Shown here in pieces: positions 39,932-54,149 of a stretch of DNA of 64,000 bases. The translations under genes and the position numbers were made by a program. Within the stretch, counting starts at the first letter, position 1. Every line of letters begins with the position of its first letter. The stretch comes from Malacoraja senta (lineage: Eukaryota). The stretch covers positions 15,934,001-15,998,000 of the forward strand of contig CM075986.1 in the NCBI GenBank assembly GCA_038087875.1, given 5' to 3'. Under the pieces are notes generated by a model that was not told where the DNA came from, made no database searches, and was given only the letters and a program-made list of their open reading frames with translations.

Positions 39932-41059
39932 CAGTTCCTTCATCAATACACACAGTCTGTGTATTTATGTAAAATGGTAAATACCAACAATTAAATATCT
40001 GCTGGTCGGGTAATCAGAAGATTCAGGCACAAGAGACTGCAGTTTTCCTCCACTGATGCTGTCTGACCTGCTGAGTTTCTCCATCAGCTCTCCTTATTGC
40101 AAGCAGGAGATTCGGCTCATTGGCACCAGAGCATGGCAACTCTGCATGTTGGTCCCAGAGGAGGACCTACTATCATCCAATACAACTCTTCTACTCTTAA
40201 ATTTATTTTTTTTACCTGTAAATCTAGCGCCGTTTCTAGTTTTTGCTACAATGCAGAGAACTATAATCTGCACTTTATATATTTTCCTTTGAGTTGAGCT
40301 TGATTGTATTTTTGTATAGTATCATCTGATTTGATTGGATCGCATGCAAAACAAAGTTTTTCACTCTACTTCGGTACATGTGACAATTATAAACCCAAAC
40401 TAATCCCATTTTCTGGAGTAGCCCTTGCTTGATTCAAGCCAAACCTCCGATGGCCTAGAGAACGAGACAAAATAGGGTCAACTATTAACAGCCATCAACA
40501 AACACCCTCGTTGGGAAGGCGTCTGTAAGTTAGACCAGATTTCAGAGAGGATGCTTTCCTGATTGTGATTGGATTAAGCAATGATATTCAGTACTTGAAT
40601 GTTCAGTCGCTGCACCGTTTCTTGGTTCACATGAATTACGATTTTGGTGACCAACTGAGAGGTGATTGTATATTTAGCTCCTCAGCTGTCCTGATCAACA
40701 TGTCCTTGTACTTCCCAGTGTTAGAGCAGCACCCTGAGGAACCTCATGTTACTGCAATCAAATAACGGCATGGTTGTTTGGATTTGTAATGTAAAACTCC
40801 TATCTATCGTGCAAGCAATGAGTGTGGTACAGTGGATCATTGTAAATATTATGCAGAAAAGCATTTGCTTTAGTTAACAGGACATTGATTTCAATTTCAG
40901 TAAAACTTGCAGGCCTGAAGAACTTCCCCCATCTTCTCCACTATCTAAGCTAACTTGTTTTTCTCTTTCCCAGTTCTGATGAAAGGTCCCAGACCTGAAA
41001 CATTGTTTCTCTCTCCACCTAATCTGCAGCTTTTTAGCTATTTCTGTTTCATTTATGAC

Positions 41060-41370
41060 TACATGAAAACCAATGGGAAATATTTTTAGAATGCAGTTAC
41101 TTCTGTAATGTAGGAAACACAGCAGCCAATGTGCAGCAAAGCCCCTGATGTTAACCAGGTAATCTGTTTTAATGATGTGGATTAGTTAAGAGATAAATAT
41201 TGAACAGGTTGACCCCGGCTCCTCGTCATGCTAGTGGGGTGGAATATTTTACCTATTCCTGAGAAACCAGGCAGAGCTGAAGGAGAGTGTACACTTGCTC
41301 GTTCTTCCCAGTAAAATTCCAGCCTTTATGTTCAAGTTTCTGGGGAGACTTAAATCCTTAATGTTCTTGA
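41060..41370 (-). mobile_element. Old Deu-domain SINE remnant (SacSINE1/AmnSINE-like)
   Basis: tgtaatgtaggaaacacagcagccaat...gataaatattg pattern recalled from Deu-SINEs; similar remnant at ~46500-46800. Confidence 0.5.
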
Positions 41371-41433
41371 GCTGAACTATCACTATCATCAAGCTCTATA
41401 AACTTAGCAACAATATCAAAAGTATATACAATT

Positions 41434-41757
41434 ACGAGGGGCACAGATAAAGTGAATATTCAGTCTTTTTTCCCCCAGAGGATTCTAAAACTTGAGGGCA
41501 CAGGCTTAAAGTGAGAGGCTTGAAAGGGAAATCAGGCAAATTTCTCACTCGGAGGGTATTCTGTATCTGGAACGAGCTGCTAGAGGAAGCCATAGAAGCG
41601 GATACTATTAGAACTTTCAAAAGATATTTGGACATATGTATGGATAGGAAGGATTTGAAGGGATATGGACCAAATGACACTAGCTCAGAATAACAACTTG
41701 GTCAACATAGATAAATTGGGCCGATGGCCCTGTTTCCACGTTGTATAGCTGTATGAC
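41434..41757 (+). mobile_element. CR1 LINE 3' fragment
   Basis: FLTRRVFCIWNELLEEAIEADTIRTFKRYLD plus CR1 3' UTR. Confidence 0.85.
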
Positions 41758-43659
41758 AATCTGAGGCAGGAGTAGAGATGAGCACGACGGATGTGGGAGA
41801 CTGTTTTTATGTTTATGTTCCATGTAATTCTTTAATTGGGATTTTAAAAAACACACCTGAATCAATAATGCATTGACTTTAAATCAGAATATGTATTGAA
41901 TATTATTTGAAACTACTGTGATATTGCTTCAGATATTTGGACAATTTGAATAAAATGTGCCACAATAGTTGTGATTTGGTGATTGGAATTTTGCCTGGAA
42001 TCAGAATCAAATTGCATGATTAGTCCCTTCACTGCATTTCCTCCACGGTCATGCTAATAATGTTTTGGTACATTGTTGTAGCTTCAGGCTCCACACTGGA
42101 GAAATGACCAGCTGAGCAAACCTGATGTTCCAGTGCTCTTTTAAAGATGTACTGCAGTACTGCTGAGATGTTAAACCATGCCCTCCTATGCCTGTCGAAT
42201 ATGGTTGTAAAAGGATTTCATGTCACTTTTCCCAGAGTTTTACTCGTCTTCTGACCAACATATTTTCCAGTCAAACAAATTGTCTTTTTTATGAAATTTC
42301 CTTTTAAGCAGCCTTATTAGTTCAGTTGTGCCCAAATCAGCCACTTTCTTTTACTTGTTTTACAACTGTTACTACAATTCCAATAGCGGCACATTTGACT
42401 AAATTTCTTTGGAGCACCATGAGAATGTAAATAGCATGAAACAAATACAAAAGCTAAATATTCCCCCTTCTCTGAATAATGTTGATGCAAAGTCAGATAT
42501 ACTGAGCTCAGTTTTGATGGCTTTTATTAAAGTGATTCAATAGTATAGTGAATAATGGGGCGTTATGTGGCATTCCACTTAAATCATTGTAGTCTCGTGT
42601 TACATGTTATTTAATTAATGGGAAGGTCCTGCTTTTAGTTAGATCAGTGATTAATGGTAGCTTTATACATATTCAGTGTGATTGCTTGCAGGAGGCTTTT
42701 AATGTACCTTGATAGCCAGAATATCTATTGGGCAATTGATGCTATTTCATAACACTCCTTTTGTAAATTTGCTACAAATGACCATGTGATGCTGGACACA
42801 GTAATCCACTCCATTCTAACTTCAACACACAGCAGATGTTTGCTGAATAATATAACATGAATTCTGACAAGGTCCATTCTTTCACATGGACTTTTGAACT
42901 TTTCATGGGTTCTTTGAGCAAGAAAATGACATGAACATGACTTGATCTCAGTGATTATTATCTCTATTATTATTATTAAAGGAGGGAGACTGGTGTTTAC
43001 AAAATGCTTTAGCCTGCCTTGTGTGGCCCTTCATTACGCCACACTTATAGAATGTCGAAGGGCGGCAGAAAAGACCCGCGTCCCCAAGATCCGATGTAGT
43101 CTGTGTGATTTCACAATGTGAATGGTCTCTACATTAGGTTGGCTTGTTTTGATCTTATTCCTTGTGTAATGCCTTGGTGGATTGGTAGATTTTCATCAGA
43201 TTTGGATCTGGCAACGAGTCAGGACTAAATGGTGAGCTGGCTATTTATAGGGTGGAATTTTCCTATTTCACAGGCTACAGTCTGGGAGCACAGTAAAGAA
43301 AATAAGGAAATGTGGCAATGAAGGGAATGCAATGCCAAGTGAGTTTGTTATTCCAAATGACATTTGACATGGTGTTTTTGCTGCATTATTAGGAGGAATT
43401 TTCCATGATAGAGAACAGCAGCTCAATGTTCCAGTACACCAGACCAGCCCTGCGCATTCAATTAGATGCAGGCTAACATGCCTGGTTAAAAACATAGTTA
43501 AAAGAAGATAATTTTCTGAAGCTGCAAGGCTTTTAACTGGGTATATAATAACAAGGAACTGCAGATGCTGGTTTACCAAAGAAAGACACAAAATGCTGGA
43601 GTATCTCACTGGGTCAGACAGCATCTCTGGGGGACATGGATAGATAACATTTCAAGTCG

Positions 43660-43859
43660 NNNNNNNNNNNNNNNNNNNNNNNNNNNNNNNNNNNNNNNNN
43701 NNNNNNNNNNNNNNNNNNNNNNNNNNNNNNNNNNNNNNNNNNNNNNNNNNNNNNNNNNNNNNNNNNNNNNNNNNNNNNNNNNNNNNNNNNNNNNNNNNNN
43801 NNNNNNNNNNNNNNNNNNNNNNNNNNNNNNNNNNNNNNNNNNNNNNNNNNNNNNNNNNN
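43660..43859. other. Assembly gap (200 N)
   Basis: Run of exactly 200 N, a typical placeholder for a gap of unknown size. Confidence 0.99.
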
Positions 43860-44399
43860 GTCATTTCCATCACAAATTTGGTCAGTAGATATTTCAGTTG
43901 AAATGTTACGTTAATTCTGAAGTGGGAATGATGGAAACAGCATTTATCAATAATTTTTTTTAATCTGTGCGTACAAACTGGGTATCTTCATTGCTGTTCA
44001 CAACACATACATCTAATCTGAATGTCCGGTAATGTGGCGTTTTGACACCTTTAAACATATTGCCAAAAGAGCATTTGCTGCAGTTATGCCTTTGGCCATC
44101 TCTTGTCAGTTAGTGTAATGTTTAACCTGTCAGATGGGTATAGTCGGTTTTAACAGCTATTATCATAAAATGCCTTTAGAAATTTCTTTGCAACCTGTAT
44201 ATTTTGTTGTGGATAAATTATGTGGGAAGCGAGAGTGTTTATGTACCAATAGCATAACGACCCATGCTATGGCCATGTCATGATAATTTTCGGTCCTTCA
44301 CAGAAAACATGCTTGCATCAATCTGTAGTGTACATGGTTAAGCATATATGTTACAATGGTCCAGGATTTATTGACACAGGTTGATCATACGCTGAATAA

Positions 44400-44738
44400 T
44401 CCAACATTTTTGTTTGGAAGTGGAAAGAATAATAGAAATTGCATTCATTGCAACGTGTAAAAGAGATACTGTATTATCATTTTGCTGCATGTCATTGTGG
44501 TATATATCATGTCTTGATTGGTGAATATGTTTAGTTTGTGACTATTTGAAGCAGAAATAAAATGTGAATGCTTCATTGAGCATAATTCGACTGGTAACTA
44601 CGCAATTCGTCCGTGCACATTATCGCAAGGGTCATGCAAGCCGTCTTAAATGGCCACCTAAACTGTCATTTGGCAACCTAAAAAGCTGCCTAGGCTGCCC
44701 GGCTGGCAACAGGGGAAAAAAGTTAAGTGAGAGCCCTG
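44400..44738. mobile_element. hAT-type element terminus (left boundary uncertain)
   Basis: Repeated ggcaacc/ggccacc subterminal motifs ending gagagccctg (reverse complement cagggctctc). Confidence 0.55.
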
Positions 44739-44831
44739 TCTTGACCTTTCTACCTCATTATTGCACAGTTCCATACACCTGTGTGTGTTTTCTCATTCAA
44801 GCTAATCATAAATTATTCATTCATTACAATA

Positions 44832-45128
44832 GTTTAGTTTAGAGATACTGCGCGGAAACTGGCCCTTTGACCCACCGAGTCCGCACTGACCAACGATCCC
44901 CACACTACCCTACACACACTAGGGACAATTTTACATTAACACCAAGCCAATTAACCTTCAAACCTGTACTCATCGGAGTATGGTAGGAAACAGAAGATCT
45001 TGGAGATAAACCACACAGGTCACGGGGAGGTTGTTCAAACTCCGTACAGACAAGCACCCGTAGTCAGGACCAAACCCAGGTCTCTTGCGCTGTAAGGCAG
45101 CAGCTCTACCACTATGCCACCGTGCTGC
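44832..45128 (-). mobile_element. tRNA-headed V-SINE (HE1-like)
   Basis: Collinear with 12422-12714. Confidence 0.8.
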
Positions 45129-45448
45129 CCCAACACCCCAGCCCCAGCATTTCACGCAGGAATCTTTTATCAAATATGAGGAAAGGAATTTGTGTCCCCC
45201 TCAAACATGTTCCTCCATTCAGTTGGATCATAACTGATCTTAACATTAATTTTTTTGTTCCACCTTTGCTTCAACGGGGGAAAAAACTGCTTATTTCAGT
45301 TGTTAAATTATCAGGAGCGACAGCCTTTTGAAGATGAAATCACGAAAGATGCCGCAAGTGTCTGAAGCACCTCTGATCGGTAGTGTAACGTATTGGTCAG
45401 TATTGTGTTCAGAAAGCTGTGCTTAGTAGCTACCCTGTCAGATGGCTG

Positions 45449-45585
45449 CTGCTTCTTGCGTATGGCGTGCACAGCCTAAAGTTGTAGGTCAACTTGTTTT
45501 ATTTGATCTATTTGTTTGTGCACGTCGGGTTGATTTCATTAGTCGAAACAGGGTGGACCACGCAAAGGTTTCAATCTCCCAACCC
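45449..45585 (-). mobile_element. HDV-like-ribozyme-headed short retroposon, copy 1 (ribozyme degenerate)
   Basis: Flanked by perfect TSD tgtcagatggctg (45436-45448 / 45586-45598); homologous to 56098-56236; gaagcag tail on minus strand. Confidence 0.85.
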
Positions 45586-46926
45586 TGTCAGATGGCTGAA
45601 ATGAGGGTACTGGATGAAACGGTGTAGAGGAAACCTTGACTTGCTAACTTTGCATCTGAAGCTGGAACCGTGCAAAGGCAGCCTTATTTTGTCCATCTTG
45701 TAAACTGTTGGGAGGGGAGGGGGGGAAATAAATAATTTGCTAATGGCACATGCAATCAGCTTGTGATCTAACTTCACCGCAACTTCGGGAAATGGCCTGC
45801 AGTGGCTTTGGATTGTTTGATGTGGAACTAGATCAAGAAAAATGCCATGTTTAATTTCTGATCGTCAGAAGCAGTGATAGAAATAGTTGTCCTATTCGTA
45901 CCTACATTTTGAAGTAGGAAAAATAATAATTCCCATTACACTTCACTATCACCTGAATATAATGCATGTCTAATCTCTAAAAAGGTGAAAACTGAGAGGT
46001 GGTCTGCCTGAGATGTATAAAACGCTGAAAGGGTTTATTAATAGGATGGATTGCAGAGATGTTTATACTTGAGAAAAAATGCAAAACCAGAGTACAAAAT
46101 GTACTCTAAATATAAACAAAAAAATCGACAAAGGAGACCATCAGGAACTTTTGCCACAGAGAATGATGAGAATATAAATTCAGTGTCAATTGGTTGAACA
46201 AATGGCACAGATGCATTTAAGAATAAACTAGATTGCTATGATGGCAAAGGTTAGGAGAATATATTGTTAAAATTACATAAGTCAGTTTGAAGGTGCCTTA
46301 GTGACGGATGAACTTTGCAGATACCAAGTAAATCAATGGCCATTTTCATTATACCTTCTTTGCAAACTTGCAGGCTTTTATTAAATAACATGTGCAAGCT
46401 TTGTGTAGAGTTCAAAACAGTTGTGATTAAACAGCCTCGTTGTTTCACATGAGTTATAAGATCTATGAGGAGACATTGTATTATGCCAAATGTTGAATCA
46501 CAGTCTAAGAAGTGTTGCAGTCAGTTGTCTTCTTGATGTGCGGAAATTGCGGTATCCAATTTGTGTGAAACAAGTTGCTTGCTGAGGGATAAATATTGAC
46601 TCTAGATCACCTGCCTGTGTGCTTTGAATTTGTGCCATCCAATCTTTTGCATCTTTTTGAGAGAACAGGAGGGGTCTTGATGCTCCAAAGGTCAGTATCC
46701 CTCAGTACTGTACTGACTGTCAGTTTGGATTATGTGTTGAATTGTCTATGGGACTTTAAATCACTGCCTACCTCTGGAGAGAACTACCAATAAACTAAGG
46801 TGCAGCTAGATCACTCATGATCTGTTATTAAAATTGAGGTTAATAAAATGTCACTTTAAATCGGTTCCACTATTTGTTGGGTTTGATTTGTGTGATACAT
46901 ATTTTGTTCTTGTGTTTACACGACAG

Positions 46927-47031
46927 GAAGGAGATGCAGAAGGAGAGCCGTTCGATGATGAAGAATTTGAAGGTTATGAGGAAGCAGACAGACCTTCCAG
47001 CAGAAGCAAAGATCCAATTAAAATCGTTAAT
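46927..47031 (+). CDS. CCDC47: CCDC47 coding exon (105 nt; [35 protein letters not shown])
   Basis: gacag| and |gtaagc; matches CCDC47 [19 protein letters not shown]...KDPITIVD. Confidence 0.95.
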
Positions 47032-47375
47032 GTAAGCACCTAGTATTAATGACACTACATTTTATCATCTACTGCTTACAACATTTGGGCATTGCTCCAG
47101 GGTAGCTCAAGAGACAAAACTGCAATTCAGTCCGGAATCAAATTTCAGGAGCTGAGGTGCTCAAGCTGGATTCCCAAGATGTCAGCTCATGTGTACTAGG
47201 ACAGCATGCATGATGGTAGAGATGGGTTGGGGGAGGAATAGCCAGGAATTCTCCTACTGTCGCCACCATGCACCTTTCCCTTTTTCTTCACTGAGCGGAG
47301 TATAAGGTGCTGAGAGCCTGTGGCAGAATGTGTAGTCCAGTGCTGGTGGTAGCAGCAGGATATATACAGCTAGGC

Positions 47376-47660
47376 TTTAGACTTTAGAGATACCGCATGG
47401 AAAAAGGCCCTTCGGCCCACGATGTCCGTGCCAACCAGCGATCACCCTGTACACTAGCACTATCCTACACACAATTTACAGAAGCCAAATAACCTACAAA
47501 CTTGTATATCTTAGGAGTGTGGGAGAAAACGGGAGCACCCAGAGAAAACCACGCGTTCACAGAGAACATATAAATCGTGTACAGACATTACCCATAGTCA
47601 GGATTGAACCCAGGTGTCTGCCGTCGTAAGGCAGCAACTCTACGGCTGCGCCGATGTGCT
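47376..47660 (-). mobile_element. tRNA-headed V-SINE (HE1-like)
   Basis: Collinear with 12422-12714 and 44832-45128. Confidence 0.8.
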
Positions 47661-48216
47661 GTCCACACTGGGCTCGCAGAGGAATTTAGTGCGATGGGGC
47701 ATCTTGGTCTGCATGGATCAGTTGGGCTGAAGGGCCTATTTCCATGCTGTATGATTCTAAACAGCATTGTCCAAGGACAGCAGGTCAAGACCCACACTCC
47801 TAATGCGCAAACTGCAGAAATGACAATACTGAGCCCGAGGGCTAGGCTTCCATGGGAGATTGGGTGAGGGGAGATGTGGGGACAGGGTCCCTTGGAATAT
47901 GGTATTGGAGAAGGCCGTCTTTAAAAATTAAAGGTTAGGTTGTTCAGAAAGTAGCAATCTGTTCATGCAAGCTTAGTTTAGAATAAACCTAAAGACTGGA
48001 GAAGGAACCCTGTCTCAAGTTCTTAGAGCCAAGGAAAGTTTGGAATTTCATGGATTCTTTCAATGCATGCTTGTGTAGTGTACAGAGAATGTAGTTAATT
48101 GAAATGATGATACAAATCCAGTTAGGATCATGCTGCCATAAGGATGCTGTAATTACAATGCTGGATTCATTTAATTTTGTTGAATTAAATCATGTTTATA
48201 ACTGCTTGATTTCCAG

Positions 48217-48391
48217 GTTCCTCATCATCTACAGAACAGCTGGGAGAGCTACTACTTGGAGATTCTGATGGTGACAGGCCTTTTGGCTTACATCATGAAC
48301 TACATCATAGGCAAAAACAAAAACAATAGACTGGCTGCTGCTTGGTTCAACTCTCACAAGGAACTGCTGGAGGGTAACTTTTCCCTAGTTG
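48217..48391 (+). CDS. CCDC47: CCDC47 coding exon (175 nt; [58 protein letters not shown]), includes TM helix
   Basis: tccag| and |gtgagt. Confidence 0.98.
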
Positions 48392-48742
48392 GTGAGTCCC
48401 CGATTCATTGATTATTTTGGGATGTGGTTTATTCCAAAGACGGTGTCTGCGGTCTGTAACCGAGAGTGTTCTCTACCTGCATCTATGATAGTTACAGAGG
48501 TGTTGTTCTACTGGAAACCATATTGACCCTCTGAAGAAAGGTCTCAACCCACATGTTCTCCAGAGATGTTGCCTGATCTGCTGAGTTACTCCAGCGCTTT
48601 GTGTCCCTTTAACTACTAAACTATCTTTACTTTTCAATGTTAGGAATTGCGCTGGAATTTATTTCAAGTTGCAGTGTATAATAGTTTATTTTTAGTTTTG
48701 CACTGTAAGATGCAGCAGCTGATGTAAGTTCTTTATTTGCAG

Positions 48743-48864
48743 GGGATGATGGGGTTAATAAAGAACCCACCAGCACAGGGAAGCTGAACCAGGAAAATGA
48801 GCACATCTACAATCTGTGGTGCTCGGGGAGGGTATGTTGTGAGGGAATGCTAATTCAGCTGAAG
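48743..48864 (+). CDS. CCDC47: CCDC47 coding exon (122 nt; [41 protein letters not shown])
   Basis: tgcag| and |gtgagg. Confidence 0.98.
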
Positions 48865-50268
48865 GTGAGGACACTACTTAAATTTAGCCTCAATAGGGGA
48901 GAGTTAGACAATCTGTGAATAAACCATTGCATATTTTGGATGTTTTAAATGTATATTCTTTCATAATTTTCAAATTAAGAGCTATCTGTTATGTGTTCTA
49001 CCCAGCTCTAAATTTGTGTCATTGACAAACGGGTAAGTGGTGAAGAAAGCTGGCGGAGAGTTGTGCCCTGTACAATGTGTCACCAAATACCCCCTGGCAC
49101 ACTTGGCAAAGGTTAAATGGAGTAATCGCCTTGTATTCTGCCATTAAAATTTGTAAGACAAGTACAGCATGAGAGAAACTAATTATGCACCACATTATCG
49201 CACTCCCCTGACCCCATACTCCTTTATTTCAAATAAATCATAGTTGTGACTTTCTGGTAGTTGGATTAGATATTCATGCATTGGAGTTCAATAAGAAGTT
49301 GGAGTCTGGCAACGGCAGTAATGCCTACACTGTCCTGTTGAGTTGGGACAACCAAAAAATGTATTTGTGATTGCCTACTTTTAATTTACTGGGCCTCTTG
49401 GATAAATCTCAAGTAGCTGCGTACCAGTATATGGCCTTAAAGTGCAGGAAATCATGTGGGAAGCATGTAAAAAAAATAATGGGAAGAATGCTATTTTAGT
49501 GCCAATGTTTGAAAAAGACATGAGGCGGTTCCTTGGTATTCTGTTAAACCCGTGGCATGTTTTGAAGTTGCTAGAACCGAACTGAGCCAGTTTAATATCT
49601 TATTCCTAAGAATGCTGCCACTCTAAAGGCAGTAATTTCTCACTGCTGACCTAAGATGATATCCCTGACATGGGAGGAGGGTTTTCATTTTATCCCTTGG
49701 GGCTGAATTCAGACAGCTGTTAAAAGAAGTCAGCTTCAGTGAAAGGATGGAATGCTAATCAGTCCACTGCTTGTCAGCATGTAGCTCTGCCAGACTACAA
49801 TCAGAGTAGGATCGAGAGATTGTGCACTGCCAATTCTGTATGAAATATCAGTTTGTAATGGAACAAAGAACTGCAAATGCTGCAGTCTGTAATAAGAACA
49901 GGGTACATTGGAGCCAGTATTTTGTCAGCATTTGAAAAAAGAAACCCTTAAGTTTCAGGTAAAATCATGAGTGTTCCATTTCAATCAACTAATGTCTGAA
50001 GCCAGTGGTGCCTAAATTGATAAAGTGAAAATGTGTGCTGCAAAAAGTTGAATAAATTGGGAAGTGATTACACAGGCCACTACCTAAGGATTCCAGTTGT
50101 AAGGATATTTGTGATGTTTGCCTTGAAGGCAATTGCATCTCATTGTTAAAGTAGTACTACTCCCCATTTTCAAATTGTGCAAGGAACTTTGAATGTGGGG
50201 AAGATGCATTTTTTTTCCAAATGAAAATACCTTTATGTAATCTTTTGCCGTTTGGATTTTGTTTTTAG

Positions 50269-50334
50269 TTTTTGAAACGGCAGGATCTCCTGAATGTACT
50301 TGCAAGAATGATGAGACCTGCCAGTGACCAAGTG
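50269..50334 (+). CDS. CCDC47: CCDC47 coding exon (66 nt; [22 protein letters not shown])
   Basis: tttag| and |gtaagc. Confidence 0.97.
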
Positions 50335-52419
50335 GTAAGCATAATATTAATCTTCAATAACATTATTATGGTTTCTCTATAATATCGATCAAAGCAAATT
50401 CAATTCTAAGTTTTCTAGGGTCTCAAAACTTAGAGAAGTTACTGTTGTCAGTTGCTTAGGGAAAAATTGTGAGAAAGGAATTCCATTACAGTAGCTTTTA
50501 AATCAATGCCAACTCTCCATTCACAAAATCTTTCTCCAGATCTCCCAGAGAATAATGATTTCCAAGGCCCATTAGGCTGCAGCGTCCACTGATAATACCT
50601 ATTTTAACCTATTCCCCAACTATTCCAAAATCAAAATCTTGAGGGTATTTAAGTTTCACACTGATCTTTAAAGGTAACAGGATACATTGAAAAGCCTTTG
50701 GGGAGGGTGGAGGATGTGCTTAGGATCCTTATTTTTATTAAGAGGCACGCAGTACCATTGTAGGACAGTTATGTTAAATTATAAATCATTAGCTGAACAA
50801 CACAGTGTTATGTTCGATTCTGGGTATTATAGCATTCACTAGAAAATATGCCACGGTCTTAGAGAAGCAAAAGAGTTAAGAGTGATACTGAGGAGAAAGG
50901 AGCAGATAATTTGGCAGACTGGAGTTATTTTCATTAGAGTAAGTAAAACTGGACATCTGAAGAATTCAAAATCTTCCAATAGTTTCAATACAGTAAATAT
51001 GGAGAGTTATGCCCGAAGGCTGGTTGCTTAAACTGTTTGGTGAAAGCACCAGTAATGGTGTGGAATATTTTTTTCCATGGAGCTACTCAGGTCTCAAATA
51101 CCTCAATTCTCTCATTCCTCCTCCTTTCCTTAACTGACACCCTTCTGACTCCATTTCTTCTCTAGCTTACACTGCCCATCTGCCAATCAATTCTCCTTCT
51201 CCTGTAACTACTTATCACTTGCAAAGCTTTGCCCCGTGCGCACCTCCTCCATCTTTCTCCCGTTAACTGTCGGAAGGAAGGTCCCGATTAAAACGTCATC
51301 TGTCTGTTCCCTCCACAGTCGCTCCCCAACCAACAGGATTTCTCCAACACTTAGCATTTTCTCATGATTCACGCATCTGCAGTCTCTTTCGTCTACATAG
51401 AAACATTCCCTTTGGCCCACAATATCTATGCCAACCACCATGCCTGTCTATATTAATCCCACTTTCCTGCATTCATTCCATTTCACTCTATGCCCTGCTC
51501 ATTCAAGTATCTATCAAAATACCTCATAAAAGTTGTTACAGTTTCTATTTCCACCAGTTCATTCCAGAGTTGTTGTGATCTGCAAGATACCGTCTGAAAG
51601 CATTCGATGATAACCTTAAAACAAATTGGATAAATATGACCCGCATCAGCATTGAATTATTTGTTTCCATGATCAAATTAAATGGCGGTGCTGGCTCGAA
51701 GGGCCGAATTGCCTACTCCTGCACCTATTGTCTATTGTCTATTGTCTATTGTTTGGTTACATGGTTTCTTTATTTTGCACCACTGTAATGTTGCTTCTTT
51801 CTATCCCTATCATAATCACGAAAGATTAATTGTATGACACAGTATGGTGGTAAAGAAGAGATTACATTACATGACCAGTAAATCAGGGTTAAACTAACAA
51901 TCTAGGGGCCCAAATTCAAATCTTATCACTGCAGCTTGTGAAATTTAAATTCAATAAATAACTTGGAATTTGGCAAAACAACAACTCGTCTTAACAATGG
52001 CAAACATAATATCTACTAAATTCTTTTAAAAGCCCATCTGGTTCACCAATATTACTCAGAGGAGGAAACCTGCAGTATTTTGCTTTTTGTTAATCTCATT
52101 ATATTATCTATTTTTGTCCTTGTCCAAGTTTCTGCCTTTTAAAACTCTCAAGCAAGTACTCCATCCCCAATTATTATTCAGCATCAAAGAAATATCTTCC
52201 ATTACTAACGGGCAGTAATTTGTGAAAAGTGTTTCTTCCTGAACAGTCTGATGTGATACATTAATTTTCCAACCCCACATTCTGAATTTCTCCCATCTTT
52301 TTCACCTCAGTTTATTGTGCTCATTTTTGTCTTTCTTTTTTTAATTTTTTTATTTTTTTTAATTCTCATTTTTGTCTTTCAAAAGTAGAAATTAGAGTTT
52401 GTTGTGATTTCTTCTGTAG

Positions 52420-52521
52420 CAAATCAAAGTAACCATGAATGAAGAAGATATGGACACCTATGTATTTGCCATTGGGTCACGGAAGGCCATGGTCCGAATG
52501 CAGAAGGAAATGCAGGATTTG
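52420..52521 (+). CDS. CCDC47: CCDC47 coding exon (102 nt; [34 protein letters not shown])
   Basis: tgtag| and |gtatgt. Confidence 0.98.
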
Positions 52522-54149
52522 GTATGTATTTGCACAAGGAATAATGAACAGTGTCTGACTGCTACCACTAATGAGCAACTTGTTTACTATGGTCTATTCC
52601 CAGGCGATCAGATTCTTACTATTGCAACAAGCATTCTGCTTGGCGTTCTATGCACAACGTAGTACACTATTACTGACATTCGATTGATAGCTTTTAAGCT
52701 TCTGATAAATAGATATATTATCTACACAATCAGTTCTGCAGATGTGGCTCAAAGACTGATAAATTGTGTTAAGTGAATCAATTATGGTCTGAATTTGAGC
52801 AATGAATCTGATCCAGTCACCAAAGGGAAACATAAGGAGGCAAATTAATTGTTGTCTTTATTGTTTGCAGGAGGTTTTTAATACAGGAGCTAAGAGGATA
52901 CCTTTAAACAATTAAGCAGGGCCTTTGTGGCACAAACCTGGAATATTGGCTACATCAAAAAATTGTAGATGCTGGAAATATGTAATATATAAACAGAAAA
53001 CGATGGAAATACTCAGCAGGTCAGGCTACATCTGTGAGAAGAGAAACAGGGTCGACTTTTCAGGTTGAAGTCCTTTGGTTGGAATATTGCACGCTGTTTT
53101 GGTCTTCATATCTCAGATGACATACTTAGCATAGGGAACCAAACTGTTTCCTGCACTCACAGGGCTTTTGTATGAGGAGAGATTGGACCGATCAGACTTG
53201 TATTCACTCCAGTTTAAACGAATGTGAGAAGATCTAATTGAAATGTACAAAATTCTGGTGCAGCTCAACTGGCTGGATGCAAGGAGGATGTTTCACCTTG
53301 CTACAATATCCAGGACCGGCTTCAGAAAGCGGGATAAGACATTGAAGACTGAGGAGAAATTACAGCACTCACAAAGTGGTGAATCTATCTACTTTTCTAG
53401 AGAGATTAGAGTCATTGAATATGTTTAAGAAAGGGTAGATGCATTTCTATGTACAAAATATATCAAGGGAAATAGGGAGAGTGCAAGCATGGTATTAAGC
53501 TATTTTTCTTTTTCTTTTCAGACGTTTTATAAATACTATAGAATCTATATTATTGATTGGCAAAGCAGATGTGGGAGCCTTGATCAGCACTTCTTAACAT
53601 TGTAGCATAACAGGAATTGAGTAGATTCCTGAATACCTGAATGTTTTCCTTTGAATTAGAGAATGGAAATCATTGAGCTAGCTGCCCTTCAATAGTCTCT
53701 GCCACTAAATACAGATCGTAAGCAGGTTAATACATGCAAAGATACATGTTTGACAGGTGGAACCGCTTGCAGAGTTTTCTGTCATACGATAACCATTGCT
53801 GGAAATAAAAATATGGACTGTCTGGCCTTTGATACTAATACTTAAATAAGGGCAGGTGGTGTGAGCATATTCCTGATTATGTGCAATCCCCGATGTTTTT
53901 AGTGGATCGAAAGACATTTGGACAGATAGGAAATAGGATAGGAAATGTTTACAGAGCTGTGGGCCAAAAGCAGGCATATGGGACGAGACCATGCTTGGTT
54001 AGCAAAGACAAGGTGGAACGAAGGGTCTGTTCCCATGCTGGATACCTCAGTAACTCTAATAACTTACTGCTGACCTTCCAATCTTTTAACTGGAGCACTA
54101 TTTCTTGCACATATGGTCACAGTTAGAATACCATCTGCTTTGTTTTCAG

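Noticed and set aside
43278-43340. agtctgggagcacagta as a degenerate MAP3K3 last exon (SLGCTV)
   Set aside because: Immediate stop codon and no KPPWAEYEAMAAIFKIA downstream; chance similarity.
43565-43888. ORFs containing X runs
   Set aside because: Artefacts of translating through the N gap.
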